64,000 bases of DNA. Origin: Octopus sinensis. Lineage: Eukaryota. Positions 37,840 through 48,675 of the stretch are shown here, piece after piece. The position numbers were made by a program, and so were the translations under genes. The stretch is from positions 117,180,001 to 117,244,000 of the forward strand of contig NC_043000.1 in the NCBI RefSeq assembly GCF_006345805.1, given 5' to 3'. The stretch's first letter is position 1, and each line of letters begins with the position of its first letter. The notes beneath the pieces were generated by a model. The model was not told the origin of the DNA. It did no database searches and worked only from the letters and a program-made list of their open reading frames with translations.

Positions 37840-37895
37840 TATATTAAATAAAGGTTCCAGTAATTTGAATATTAATTTAAAACAATTAATCTTAC

Positions 37896-38101
37896 CTGGG
37901 ATTTACCTCTATGTGATAATTACTTGAAATTGTCATAATGTCTAGTTTTTTCTTTGACGGTGTTACGAAAGAATATGGTCGGTTGGTAAGTTTTTCTACA
38001 CCACTTCCATAGAGTTCTTTCAGCAGTGCCATTACCCTGGTTTTCTTACCAGCACCCGAGGGTCCATACACAAGCAGATGAGGGAAATCACCATGATTCA
38101 C
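37896..38101 (-). CDS. RFC3: RFC3 coding exon 2 (Walker A GPSGAGKKT; ...SNYHIEVNP)
   Basis: Pyrimidine tract and CAG acceptor. Encodes VNHGDFPHLLVYGPSGAGKKTRVMALLKELYG...NYHIEVNP. Donor GTAAG; 206 nt. Confidence 0.96.
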
Positions 38102-38609
38102 CTGAAAGTACAGAAAGAAAAATGGCAAATATTTAGAAGGTTTTTTTTTTTTATTTATGCGCTCTTTTCAAGCCTAGCCAGGCTCATGGGCCCAGTTTCC
38201 CGGTTTCTATGGCATATGTGCTCCCCCCAGGTAGACGGGATGTCAGTCTATTGCAGCATTACCCAAGAAACAGGAATAAAGAGTGAGAGAAAGTTGGGGC
38301 GAAAGAGTACAACAGGGGTCGCCACAAACACCTGCCAGAGCCTCATGGAGCTTTTTTAGGTGTTTTCGCTCAATAAACACACACAACGGCTGGTCTGGGA
38401 ATCGAAACCACGATCCTCCGACTGCGAGTCCGCTGTCTTAACCACTGCGCCTCCACAATTAGAAGGTATACTTACAATAAAATTATCTTAAGGAAAGCAT
38501 TTTTAAAAATTATATATTTTGTTAATCAAACACACACACAATATGTTTGGACTTTACTTCAGCTTTATTTTTTGTTTCTTTTTCAAAGCTCTATCATCAC
38601 ACAGCTTGT

Positions 38610-38917
38610 GGGTACTACTAGCGAACAGTGGTCCCAGTGCATGCACTCGCACATCTGCACTAGCTAGTCGTAAGTAGTCAATCCTACAACGACTTTTTAA
38701 CCCTAACCCTAACCTTAGCTTGTTTTAAAAAAGAATTCATTTACTTGTTTAAAAAATGATTTACTTTGCGTTTTATTTACTTTGTTTGAAAAATATTATT
38801 TAATTTTCTGATATGTATTCAGCTTTGAAATACAAACATACGCGCAAGTCGTTGTAGGATCGACTACTTACAACTAGCTAGTGCGCGCACCAGGACCACT
38901 GTTCGCTAGTAGTACCC
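38610..38917. mobile_element. MITE with about 80-bp TIRs and internal TAACCC repeats, RFC3 intron 1 (partial relative at about 39430-39625)
   Basis: GGGTACTACTAGCGAACAGTGGTCC at the left end and GGACCACTGTTCGCTAGTAGTACCC at the right end; TAACCCTAACCCTAACC at about 38698-38714. Confidence 0.8.
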
Positions 38918-39961
38918 ATCTTGTGATTTCTTCAGTGACTCTATCTCACATATCTCCTGTTATTCTTCTTCACAGGATGTGTGATGAAACAGCTTTGACA
39001 AACAAAAATAATAATGCTTGATTACAGACCAAATATATATGGTGCATGTATTTAATTGTTAAAATGTTACCATCCCCAAGTATAACAATATTTGTTTCAA
39101 CACACGGTTTCACATCAAGAATCTTGCAAAACAAATACATACACATCATCATCATCGTTTAACGTCCTCCTTCCAGGCTGGCATGGGTTGGACGGTTTGA
39201 CAGGAGCTGACTATGCCAACAATGCCGCATTTTAAACTTGAAGAAAAAAAACCTTGTGCACACACACACACACGAACAGACATACAACCCATTTGGTTTC
39301 TCTTTCCTATTCGATACGTCAACAGAACTAGCACGCGTCTGGCAATCCCAGAAATTAACGACTAGTATGTTTATAGAATTCGAGTCAAAACGAAAGATCG
39401 CCGAAACTTTTTATATACCTAGACTTTTTTGTGGTACTACTAGTCGTACTAGTCAATCCTTACTTTGTGTTTTTTGTTTTATTTACTTTGTGTTAAAAAA
39501 AATTATTTATTTTGTGTTTTATTTACTTTGCTATGTAGTCGTTGTACGATCGACTAGTCACGACTAGCTAGCGCGGATGCGCGAGTACGGTGGTGCGCGC
39601 ACCGGGACCACTCTTAAGTAGTACTCTTTTTATATCTAAATATATTCGTTAAAACTAAATTAATATTTACATGCTTAATACCTCTTAACAGCCGAATATA
39701 TAGTTAAAATATAATGGTGATTGAATTAGTAAAAATAATACATAAATAAACAATACTTTAAAACCAACGTTCTCTATAATTGCTCTGTGTATCATAAACT
39801 ATAATACTACGAACTACAGTAATTGTCAAAGCACCATACGGGAAGTTAACTGGATGATGAGGACGATCTTCGCGAAGATCTTAACTTAACACAAGCAATC
39901 GTACATCTAACTGTACACACACAAGATATTCTTTAAAAATACTAAGACACATTGTACTCAC

Positions 39962-40048
39962 AAGCCTTTTCAGAAGTTTTGCTTGATCTTTGTGGTAGTC
40001 GAGCTTATTGAGAGATGTTGGCCGATATTTGTCCACCCAAAGACTCAT
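39962..40048 (-). CDS. RFC3: RFC3 coding exon 1 (MSLWVDKYRPTSLNKLDYHKDQAKLLKRL)
   Basis: ATG at 40048-40046. The translation matches the RFC3/RFC38 N-terminus (SLWVDKYRP, RFC box II). Ends at donor GTGAGT, phase 0, 87 nt. Confidence 0.96.
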
Positions 40049-40106
40049 TTTGTTAATAACCGAGGTTGTGCTTCGCAGTAAGTTAAACAAACACAAGCCT
40101 GAAATA

Positions 40107-40133
40107 TTGGCGCCAAATATTATTGACGGAAGT
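40107..40133 (-). promoter_or_regulatory. RFC3 proximal promoter: E2F-type site (TTTGGCGC inside the palindrome TTGGCGCCAA) and an ETS-like CGGAAGT
   Basis: 40110-40117 read on - gives TTTGGCGC (E2F consensus TTTSSCGC), about 60 bp upstream of the ATG. CGGAAGT is at 40127-40133. Replication genes are classical E2F targets. Confidence 0.55.
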
Positions 40134-40234
40134 ATAGACCAGAGTTACCTCCCTTAATAAACGTCTAAAGGGAGGTAATTCCTACTAGCCTATAGTTTCC
40201 GTACCGGTAAATTCTGAGATACACGGTGATATTT

Positions 40235-40950
40235 TTTACTTTTTTTTTTTTTTTTTACTACCCACAAGGGGCTAAACACAGAGGAGACAAACAAGGACAG
40301 ACAAACAGATTAAGTCGGTAACATCGATCTCCAGTGCATAACTGGTACTTAATTAATCGACCCCGAAAGGATGACAGGCAAGGTCGACCTCGGCGGAATT
40401 TGAACCCAGGACGTAGCGGCAGACGAAATACGGCTACGCATTTCGCCCGGCGTGCTAACGTTTCTGCCAGCTCGCCGCCTTTACACGGTAAAAATTTTTG
40501 TAATATAAGAAAGCGGTGAGCTAGTAGAATCGTCAGCTCGCCGGGCAAAATGCGTAGTGGCATGTCATCCAACCTCAAGTTCCGAGTTCAAATTCAGCCG
40601 AGGTCGACTTTGCTTTTCATCCATTCGGGATCAATAAAACAAGTGTTAGTTGATCACTGGGGCCGATGTAATCGACTTACCCCAGGGCCCTGAAATTGCT
40701 GGCCTTGTTCCATGATTTAAAATATTTGAGTAATATAAGGTGTCGAGCTTGACGGAATTGTTAGCGCGCCGAGCAAAATACGTAGTGCTATTTCGTATGT
40801 CTTTACGTTCCGAGTTCAAATTCCACCGAGGCCGACTTTGCCTTTCATCCCTTCGGGGTCGATAAAAATAAGTACCAGTTGAGTACTGGAGTCGATGTAA
40901 TCCATTTACCCCTCTCCCAAAATTGCAGATCTTGTGCCAAAATTTGAAAC
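40235..40950. mobile_element. SINE A cluster upstream of RFC3 (one - copy with poly-A, two diverged + copies)
   Basis: The same head and body are recognisable. A similar diverged pair lies at about 61190-61640. Confidence 0.75.
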
Positions 40951-42112
40951 CAATATTTATGTAATAAGTCAGTGGAGGCGTAATGGCCCAGTGGTTAGGG
41001 CAGCAGACGCACGGTCGGAGGATCTCGGTTTCGATTCCCAGACTGGGCGTTATGTGTGTTTATTTAGAAAACTCCGAAAGCTCCACGAGGTCCGGCAGGC
41101 GGGGTGGCGACCTCTGTTGTACTCTTTCGCCCCCACTTTCTCTCACTCTCTCTTCCTGTTTCTTGAGTAACGCTGCGATGGACTGCCCCCCCCCCCGCTA
41201 TAGAAACCGGGAGACCGGGCCCATGAGCCTGGCTAGGCATGAAAAGGGCGCATAAATAATAAAAAATATGTCAGTACCAGTTTCTCTGGGATTAATTTTA
41301 TCCTTTTAATAATATTCTTTTGGCATAAAGTATCAATAATATACTGGAATTGAGTAATGTAGTTTACATGCCTTAAATAAATTCACAATCGCACGAAATT
41401 TATATTCTGATGTTCTTTTGTTATTTTTTCTTTTATACATTATCCATTTTAGATAAAAGCATGTGAGAAGACAATGTTACAAGACTAATTCTATTGGAAG
41501 TTTCAGCTTTGGGTGTTACGTTAGTTTACAGGGACGTAACCAAACCAACACTAGTTAAGAATTAGCAGTTCGTACACAAAGATACACATACATATTTACA
41601 CAAATGCACACACACATATACATACATACATATATGCATGTATATGCACACACACACACACACACACACTGACCCCCACACATGCGCACAAACAAAGAAA
41701 GGGAACGCAGTGTGAATAACGGAAAGAGTCAACCACTATTGAAAAGGTTGCAAGACGCAACGAAAATTATAGAGAAATAAAGAAGGAAATGAGTGGAAAT
41801 TTTACCGGTGAGTGTGGTTAATTATAGGCACTAAATAAGAATGACTCTCCTCAGACACAACAGTATATGCTTCAACACACGAACTCACATTAGAGAATCT
41901 TGCAAACCAAATAAAACGATATATTTATATATATATATATATACATGCGTGTCGGGCTTCCACGCATAGGAAAGTTACTCACAATTTCACTAACAGGTTC
42001 CAGGCCCTTCGTCAGGGGAGAAATGAATTCTATTAGATTATTAGGCGACTAGGAATAGCATTGAAGAGGTTGAAAATTAGATGTGCAGGGAAAGAAAGGC
42101 CACACACACACA

Positions 42113-42161
<49 letters not shown>

Positions 42162-42621
42162 ACACGCCCACGCTCGTGCGCGCGATGTACCAAACTATGA
42201 AAGATCTACACGCTACTTTGATCTACTTGAAACAACAACCAAACCCTTTGCACTGTGGTGGTTGTGGGAGTCAGCCCAGGTGGGCTCTTTTATGGAAGTG
42301 TCACTCTGGATCTACTATATAAGGCCTGTGTGGGGCACACACTCTGTTTATGCTATTGAACCAAGTCTCTCTCAAATCACAACATACCTTCTTAAAATGG
42401 ACTGATACCTTGGATAATGTAGCCAAAGTTAATATAATCTAAAAACAAAATGGGAGGTTTATGGCTGATAGAGTGTTGTGACCACAGGTCAGCTTGGCCA
42501 GAATTGTCTTCAACATAGAATTCACGGTTTATTTTACGTGTGTTGATTTTGGGTTTTTATTTTGCTTCTAGTTTAACACCTTAATAATCCGTGTGTGAGT
42601 GTGTGTGTGTGTGTGTATGTG

Positions 42622-42663
<42 letters not shown>

Positions 42664-42762
42664 ATTCCAAGTAGAACGGCAATGCTATCAACATGTTTTT
42701 TCTATCTAATATTATATCGTTTTTGCTTATGGCATTCCATGAAAGGTGATGACAACATCGAT

Positions 42763-43020
42763 TTAAGACATTCGTCCTCTTCCAACTCCAGCACATTGTT
42801 TCTCATAGAAGCGGATGTGGCTGACAAGACCGATACAAGATAGGCAGATCCAGTGACACAGAGGGCACTGAAACTGAACCCGAACAACAAGCGCAGGGGG
42901 TTGAGTGGGTTGATGATAATGTCTCTTCCTCTCTTCATACAGTCTCCTGCGTTCAGTTTCAAAGTGATACTCCAGTATCACTAACGGAATTACATGCCAG
43001 GGGATCCAACCGACTGGGAA
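42763..43020 (-). mobile_element. RTE-like LINE 3' fragment
   Basis: CPLCHWICLSCIGLVSHIR resembles the C-terminal CPxCxRxCxSRIGLxSHxR motif of RTE ORFs. Confidence 0.6.
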
Positions 43021-43044
43021 GGACACCGAATAAAATGAGCGACC

Positions 43045-43360
43045 GCTTGAGTGTTATGATATATTATCACCGTGATCACCATGACCGACCAAGCCATCGC
43101 TGGTCACAATGCGCTTCGCATTGTTTTAGCCTCCAAGTGACGCCACCCTGTTGGCTAAGCGAGCAGGCCAATAGAAGAAAGAGTGAGAGAAAGTTGTGGC
43201 GAAAGAGTACAGCAGGGATCGCCACAACCCCCTGCCAGAGACTCGTGGAGCTTTAAGTGTTTTCGCTCAATAAACACTCACAACACCCGGTCTGGGAATC
43301 GAAACCGCGGTCCTACGACCGCGAGTCCGCTGCCCTAACCACTAGGCCATTGCGCCTCCA
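43045..43360 (-). mobile_element. tRNA-derived SINE family E (other copies at about 38190-38455 on - and 40970-41265 on +)
   Basis: Head GGCCTAGTGGTTAGGGCAGCGGACTCGCGG...GGTTTCGATTCCC with a shared body in all three copies. Confidence 0.8.
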
Positions 43361-43559
43361 CATGATATATTATAATGGCTATAAATACTTACATTTCTTA
43401 TTTATTTTGCTTGGAGGAAGGGGAATTGTCCATGACCGTTACAGCTATTCCGAAACTGGTGAACGTGATGCAATTATTGTTTTGTCTAAACTGCTGCAGA
43501 AGAAAAGACAAGGATAAATATTTTAGAGTGATGATGTTCTGAGAGAGTGGTCGAGGTAG

Positions 43560-43870
43560 TTGCATGCATCAAAAGTGACGGGAGGTCGAAAAGCGATTCA
43601 ATCAATGGTGCATGAATGCTAGGACTGTAAGAGCAGCTAGCTCGAAAGAACGGAGTCTATTATAGTAGCAATCAAATAAGACAAAAACAGGAGATTAAAC
43701 GCTGTGTGGGATAGAAGTTGGAATATGACCGTAAGTGGTTGGATATTAATCATTAAAGTTGCCCTTTTCTGGATGCAATCTGAAATATTTTGGTGCAAAG
43801 TAGCAACACTGTCTAAAATATGGAAGCAGTACTCAGTTGTGGGCTGAAAATGACCATTTGCAGAGTGTCA
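43560..43870 (-). mobile_element. Decayed CR1/L2-like LINE fragment
   Basis: Minus-strand QPTTEYCFHILDSVA...DCIQKRATLMIN resembles the CR1/L2 RPxMEYCSHxW...DRIQxRA motif. Confidence 0.45.
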
Positions 43871-44299
43871 ACAGCTGTTGGAATGCGAGGGGCGGATGAA
43901 ATAAGTTGCTATAAAGGGTTGGGAATTGCGCAGGATTCGGTTCCTACATCTATTCTGAAAACAGGTGTGTGTGTGTGTGGGGGGGGCATTCTGGTTCTTC
44001 TAGGATTAAGAGGCTTAATCAATCGCAACAGATTAACTATTCGAATACGAGTTAATGCCGACGGCGATTCTATATATGATGTTTATTTTGTTATTTTCAC
44101 TGGATGCAGCAATTGTTGAATTTGTGTGTATGAAATTTGCTCCTGCTTTGTTCTACATAACTGTCTGCTAATCTATTTAAGTATCCTTTATTAAGAAATG
44201 TTTGTTTTACTCATAAGCTTGCATTAAGTAAAACATCTACAAGAAAGCGCTTAAAAAATAAAGTGAAAACGATAGAGAGTGAGTGGGACATAGAAAGAG

Positions 44300-44342
<43 letters not shown>

Positions 44343-45865
44343 CTAGCTAGCTAGATAGTTAGACATATAAGACAGATATAGATAGATAAGATACAGACAG
44401 ATACAGAGAGATAAATAGATATACTACAGATAGAGATAGGTAGAGAGATAGAGAGAGATAGGGATAGAGAGATATGGATAAAGAGATATAGATACATACA
44501 CCACTGACGCTAGAAAACCGGATGTAAATATTTTAAAAAACTTTGAAAGACGTGAATCTAATATAAAAAGCAATTTTTTAATGATCAATGGATGTAAATG
44601 AGACAATCAATTGCTGAAAGTTACTTCGCAAAGAATTACCTCCCTTCTCCATGTAACCCAGGAACGGGTTTTTTCTGTCCCTAGGAGGCCAATTACGCAT
44701 AATGTGAAAAAATTTAAGAGTCTAAAACCATCTCTGGAACATAATGTATGTTTCTAGTTTGGAGAAAATCAGTTGAAAAATACGGCCGTTATAATCTTTT
44801 ACACACACGGAGACATACACACAGAACACGATTTATATATAAATATATAAATATATATATATATATATATGTATATACATATATACATACATACATATAT
44901 ATATACACACATATACATACCTCACCTCGTATGTATGTATGCATCTGTTTCTCTGTCTTTTAGTTTTACTTGTCTGTCCAATGTAATTTTCTACACAACC
45001 TGTGCAGGTTAATGCATAGATTAGATTTCATATGAACAGATGCAATTACATTTTATTGTGAAACGGATTTCTGGCTGTTAGAAGGAGATTGAGCAAGAGA
45101 AAATGGAATTATGAAAAAAAAATGGTGACTGAGCAGTAGCTGGAATAATATGTATTTTAATTTTTAAAAAACATAACAGCAAATTTTGCTCTAAAATTTG
45201 CGACAAATATATTACCAAATACAAAATAGAATTGAAAACATAATTCGCTAAATGATGATGCGAGCGCACGTGCACACACATAAACACACACAAATGGTGT
45301 CAATAGCTTGTCTGAGCGTTAAAGAAAAAATTATTATGATAACAGTTAGTAGTAGCATTTTTTTTTTCATTTATTTCGTTTCTTTTCTAGTATTTCCCAT
45401 ATCTATATGAATAAACATGGAAATTGTTTTATATAAAAGAAATGAAATATAAAATAAAAAGGAACACTGTTTGAAATGGAACGAGAAGAGGATATTCAAC
45501 TCAATACCAAAACACGTTGATGGTTGTTAAAGAAAAAGGCTCCAAGAAGAAATAAGAAATTGATTCATATTTAATTTTATATATATATGTGATTTTCTAT
45601 AAAAGCATTGTGATATAAACTGGTCTCTGTCAATGTAATCCTCATAATTTGAAACTAGGTTCATAAGTCCCAATGACCGATATTTTCGGCCTTTGATACA
45701 CGCTTTAACTTCTGCCGATTAATAATAAAAAACATAATTTCATATATATGCACGCACACACACACACACATGTACATGAATATACATACATACATATATA
45801 TGCAACGAATCAGTTGTAGAACAGACTTCGAAGCGATGGGTTGGGAGTCTCTAGTCATGGTAACG

Positions 45866-45915
45866 CGTGCTGAAGAAGCTAAGGCTTATTTTACCAATGC
45901 AGAAACCGGTCCACG
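45866..45915 (+). ncRNA. Type I hammerhead, canonical core
   Basis: CGUG-CUGAAGA-...-GAAA-CCGGU-C-CACG. Stem I is CGUG/CACG, stem III is palindromic, triplet GUC. Stem II is irregular. Confidence 0.75.
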
Positions 45916-46139
45916 TGAGTCCAAATACTTAAATGTATGTTAGTAGATTGTCTTAACCTGATTTTGCCTTCGTTTGATTTCTGTAGTTTTCATCGGTGTA
46001 TTTTTTTGGCGATTTAATAAGAGTTTTGACTGTTATTTCAAGAAGGTAGACATACTTAGTATGTCCTTCGATAAAATTTATATACACATACATACATACA
46101 TACATACATACATACTACATACATACATACATACATACA

Positions 46140-46175
<36 letters not shown>

Positions 46176-46356
46176 TATAAGTATATGTGTGCAGTTTCTG
46201 TAAATTTCAATGCCAAAGTTTGGTAAAACTCCTTCTAGGATTTTCTTGGTAAAGAAGCAATGGCGGATAGGGAAGAGAAAGTATATAGAAGTCGTGCAAG
46301 GGTAAAAAATGTGACAAACATAAGGGAGTGGTGAACGTACACTGCAATAATATAGA

Positions 46357-46737
46357 AATAAAAATTTATATATAAAGAACGTGAAATACACGAAGGGACG
46401 AACACGGAAAACAGACAAGTCATTCGAAGCCTTCAATCTTCAGTCAGAAACCGAATCATCATGGCAAATTTCGGCTGTATAATTCTGAGATTCGTTTCTT
46501 GTATTTATTTTCGTCTCTGTTGCGTTTACATTCTTTCCTTCTACCAAGAAATCTAATGCCCACAGCTTAGTTTTTTCCTTTGAGCTGGCCGAGTTGGAAC
46601 AAATCTCAGAATTAAACAGCCGAAATTTGCCATGATGATTCGGTTTCTGACTGAAGATTGAAGGCTTCGAATGACTTGTCTGTTTTCTGTGTTCGTCCCT
46701 TCGTGTATTTAACGTTCTTTATATATAAATTTTTATT
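46357..46737. repeat. About 135-bp inverted repeat in a non-coding PLE-like element (family G); related copy at about 47870-48505
   Basis: Arms 46357-46491 and 46603-46737. The same arm and spacer blocks recur, rearranged, at 47880-48150 and 48450-48505. Both copies are flanked by TA/CATA microsatellites. Confidence 0.8.
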
Positions 46738-46739
46738 GC

Positions 46740-46785
<46 letters not shown>

Positions 46786-46797
46786 TGTATGTATGTA

Positions 46798-46855
<58 letters not shown>

Positions 46856-47015
46856 GTCTATATGTATATAAGGCGTACATGAAGTGTATACAATTCGTCA
46901 GGCTGTAACCGAATGAGAATGAAAAAACAGCTGTGAACGAACGAAATAATCTTCACTTTTCACTTCACCTGGACTTTAATTGATCATATGTATGTGTGTG
47001 TGGTGTGTGTGTGTG

Positions 47016-47048
<33 letters not shown>

Positions 47049-47543
47049 CGTGCGTGCGCGTGTGTGTGCGCGCGTGTGTGTATAACCTTCGTTTTTTTCT
47101 TGTTTCAGCTCAGAGTTGCGGCCATGCTGATGCACCGCCGTTAAGAATAACGTAACGGCAGACAAATACGGCAACGCATTTCGCCTGGCGTGCTAACATT
47201 TCTGCCAGCTCGCCGCCTTTTCCTGTGCATTTTCCTGGACTTTAAGATGAAAGGTAGGGCAGAGTGACAGTTTCGGGATGTGACTGGATGAGTGAGAGGG
47301 GGAGGGCATGTGAGAGAGTGGCATTGCTTGTATCATGTACACACAGTCCCAAAAGACCCCTTTTTATTCTGTTGGCCTCAACATTGCTATAAACTGATAC
47401 CAAATAGGCTTACAGAAAACCATAAAACTTTTGATCGGGAAATTTTTTAATTTTTAACTTTTTTTGAAACTTTGCATTTTAATCCAGGTAGAAAAATACA
47501 GCGATTACGAATCTTTGAAACTTTTTCTTAAAGAAACCCTCAA

Positions 47544-47580
<37 letters not shown>

Positions 47581-47686
47581 TATATATAAAGGGAAAGTTT
47601 ACGAAAATAAACAAAAGACGAAGGCAGGTGGAGTACAAACAAACAAATGTATTAGTATAGCGCTCAGGAATAGAAATAGAAAAAGT

Positions 47687-47722
47687 CTTTTACGTTTCGA
47701 GCCTACGCTCTTCGACAGAAAG
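47687..47722 (-). ncRNA. Atypical hammerhead-like motif (CUGUNGA core); best copy of a 5-copy family
   Basis: CUUU-CUGUCGA-a-GAGC(GUAG)GCUC-GAAA-CGU-A-AAAG. Other copies at 3955-3990, 4675-4708, 36757-36800 and 55088-55123. Confidence 0.55.
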
Positions 47723-47830
47723 ATACACAGAAAAAAACAAGGAGAGAAACAAGGAGAGAAAAAAAGGAGAGAAAAAAATGCGTGTAGTAGCTAACGATCT
47801 ATCATGGCGTATGTGCGTATGTATATATAT

Positions 47831-47866
<36 letters not shown>

Positions 47867-48524
47867 AATGAATGAATGTTTTTATATATAATGAACGTGA
47901 AATACAGGAAGGGACGAACACGGAACACAGACAAATCATTCGAAGCCTTCAATCTTCAGTCAGACACCGAATCATCATAGCAAATTTCGGCTGTTCAATT
48001 CTGATATTTGCTCCAACTCGGCCAGCCCCAAGAAAAAAAAAAAAAAAAAAAAAAAACTAAGCTGTAAGCATTAGATTTCTTGGTAGAAGACAGGAATGTG
48101 AACGCACAAGACGGATGTGAATACAAGAGACGAAAACGAAATTGAAAACAGTAATGAAAAAACAAAACATATATAACGGTGGTTGTCATACGACTTTAGA
48201 CCAAATGAGACAAAACAACAACATAGCAGCTGGCGTAGAAATAATTACCGTTTCGGTAGCGGGGACACATGTTGGTCGAGATACGAAGGCCAACAGAATG
48301 GTTGAAGAAGCAGGAGAGAGAGAAAGAGAGACAGAGAGAGAGGGAATCAAAGAGGGTGGAAGGCAGGGGACAGAATCAGTGACCAAGAGAGGAGAAAGAA
48401 GGGATTAAGGAGGATGGGAGGAAGAGAGGGGAAGAATCGGAGGGCGCCAAAAAGTTTGGTGAAGAAGCAATGGCGGGTAGTAAAAGACAGTGTGTATAGA
48501 AGTCGTATATATATATATAATATA

Positions 48525-48558
<34 letters not shown>

Positions 48559-48597
48559 TGATCAAAATAAAAATAAAAACATGATGCGAAGGATTCA

Positions 48598-48675
48598 GCG
48601 GTACATATGTTTCGGGCCTTTATTAGACAGATTTATAACAATGCATAATGTATGTCTGTGGCCTTCTTCAGCCGC
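48598..48675 (-). ncRNA. Type I hammerhead at the PLE-A 3' terminus
   Basis: GCGG-CUGAAGA-a-GGCC-ACAGA...UCUGU...GGCC-c-GAAA-CAUAUGU-A-CCGC. Stem III ACAUAUGU is a palindrome; triplet GUA. Confidence 0.85.

Noticed and set aside
41400-41830. Possible exons of a divergent gene upstream of RFC3 (AG acceptor near 41450, GTGAGT near 41809)
   Set aside because: All frames hit stops or lack recognisable homology. Isolated splice-like motifs are expected by chance; transcript data would be needed.
43300-43360. tRNA genes at SINE heads (families A, C, D, E)
   Set aside because: A and B boxes are present, but the sequences continue into repeated SINE bodies and I could not close a cloverleaf acceptor stem.
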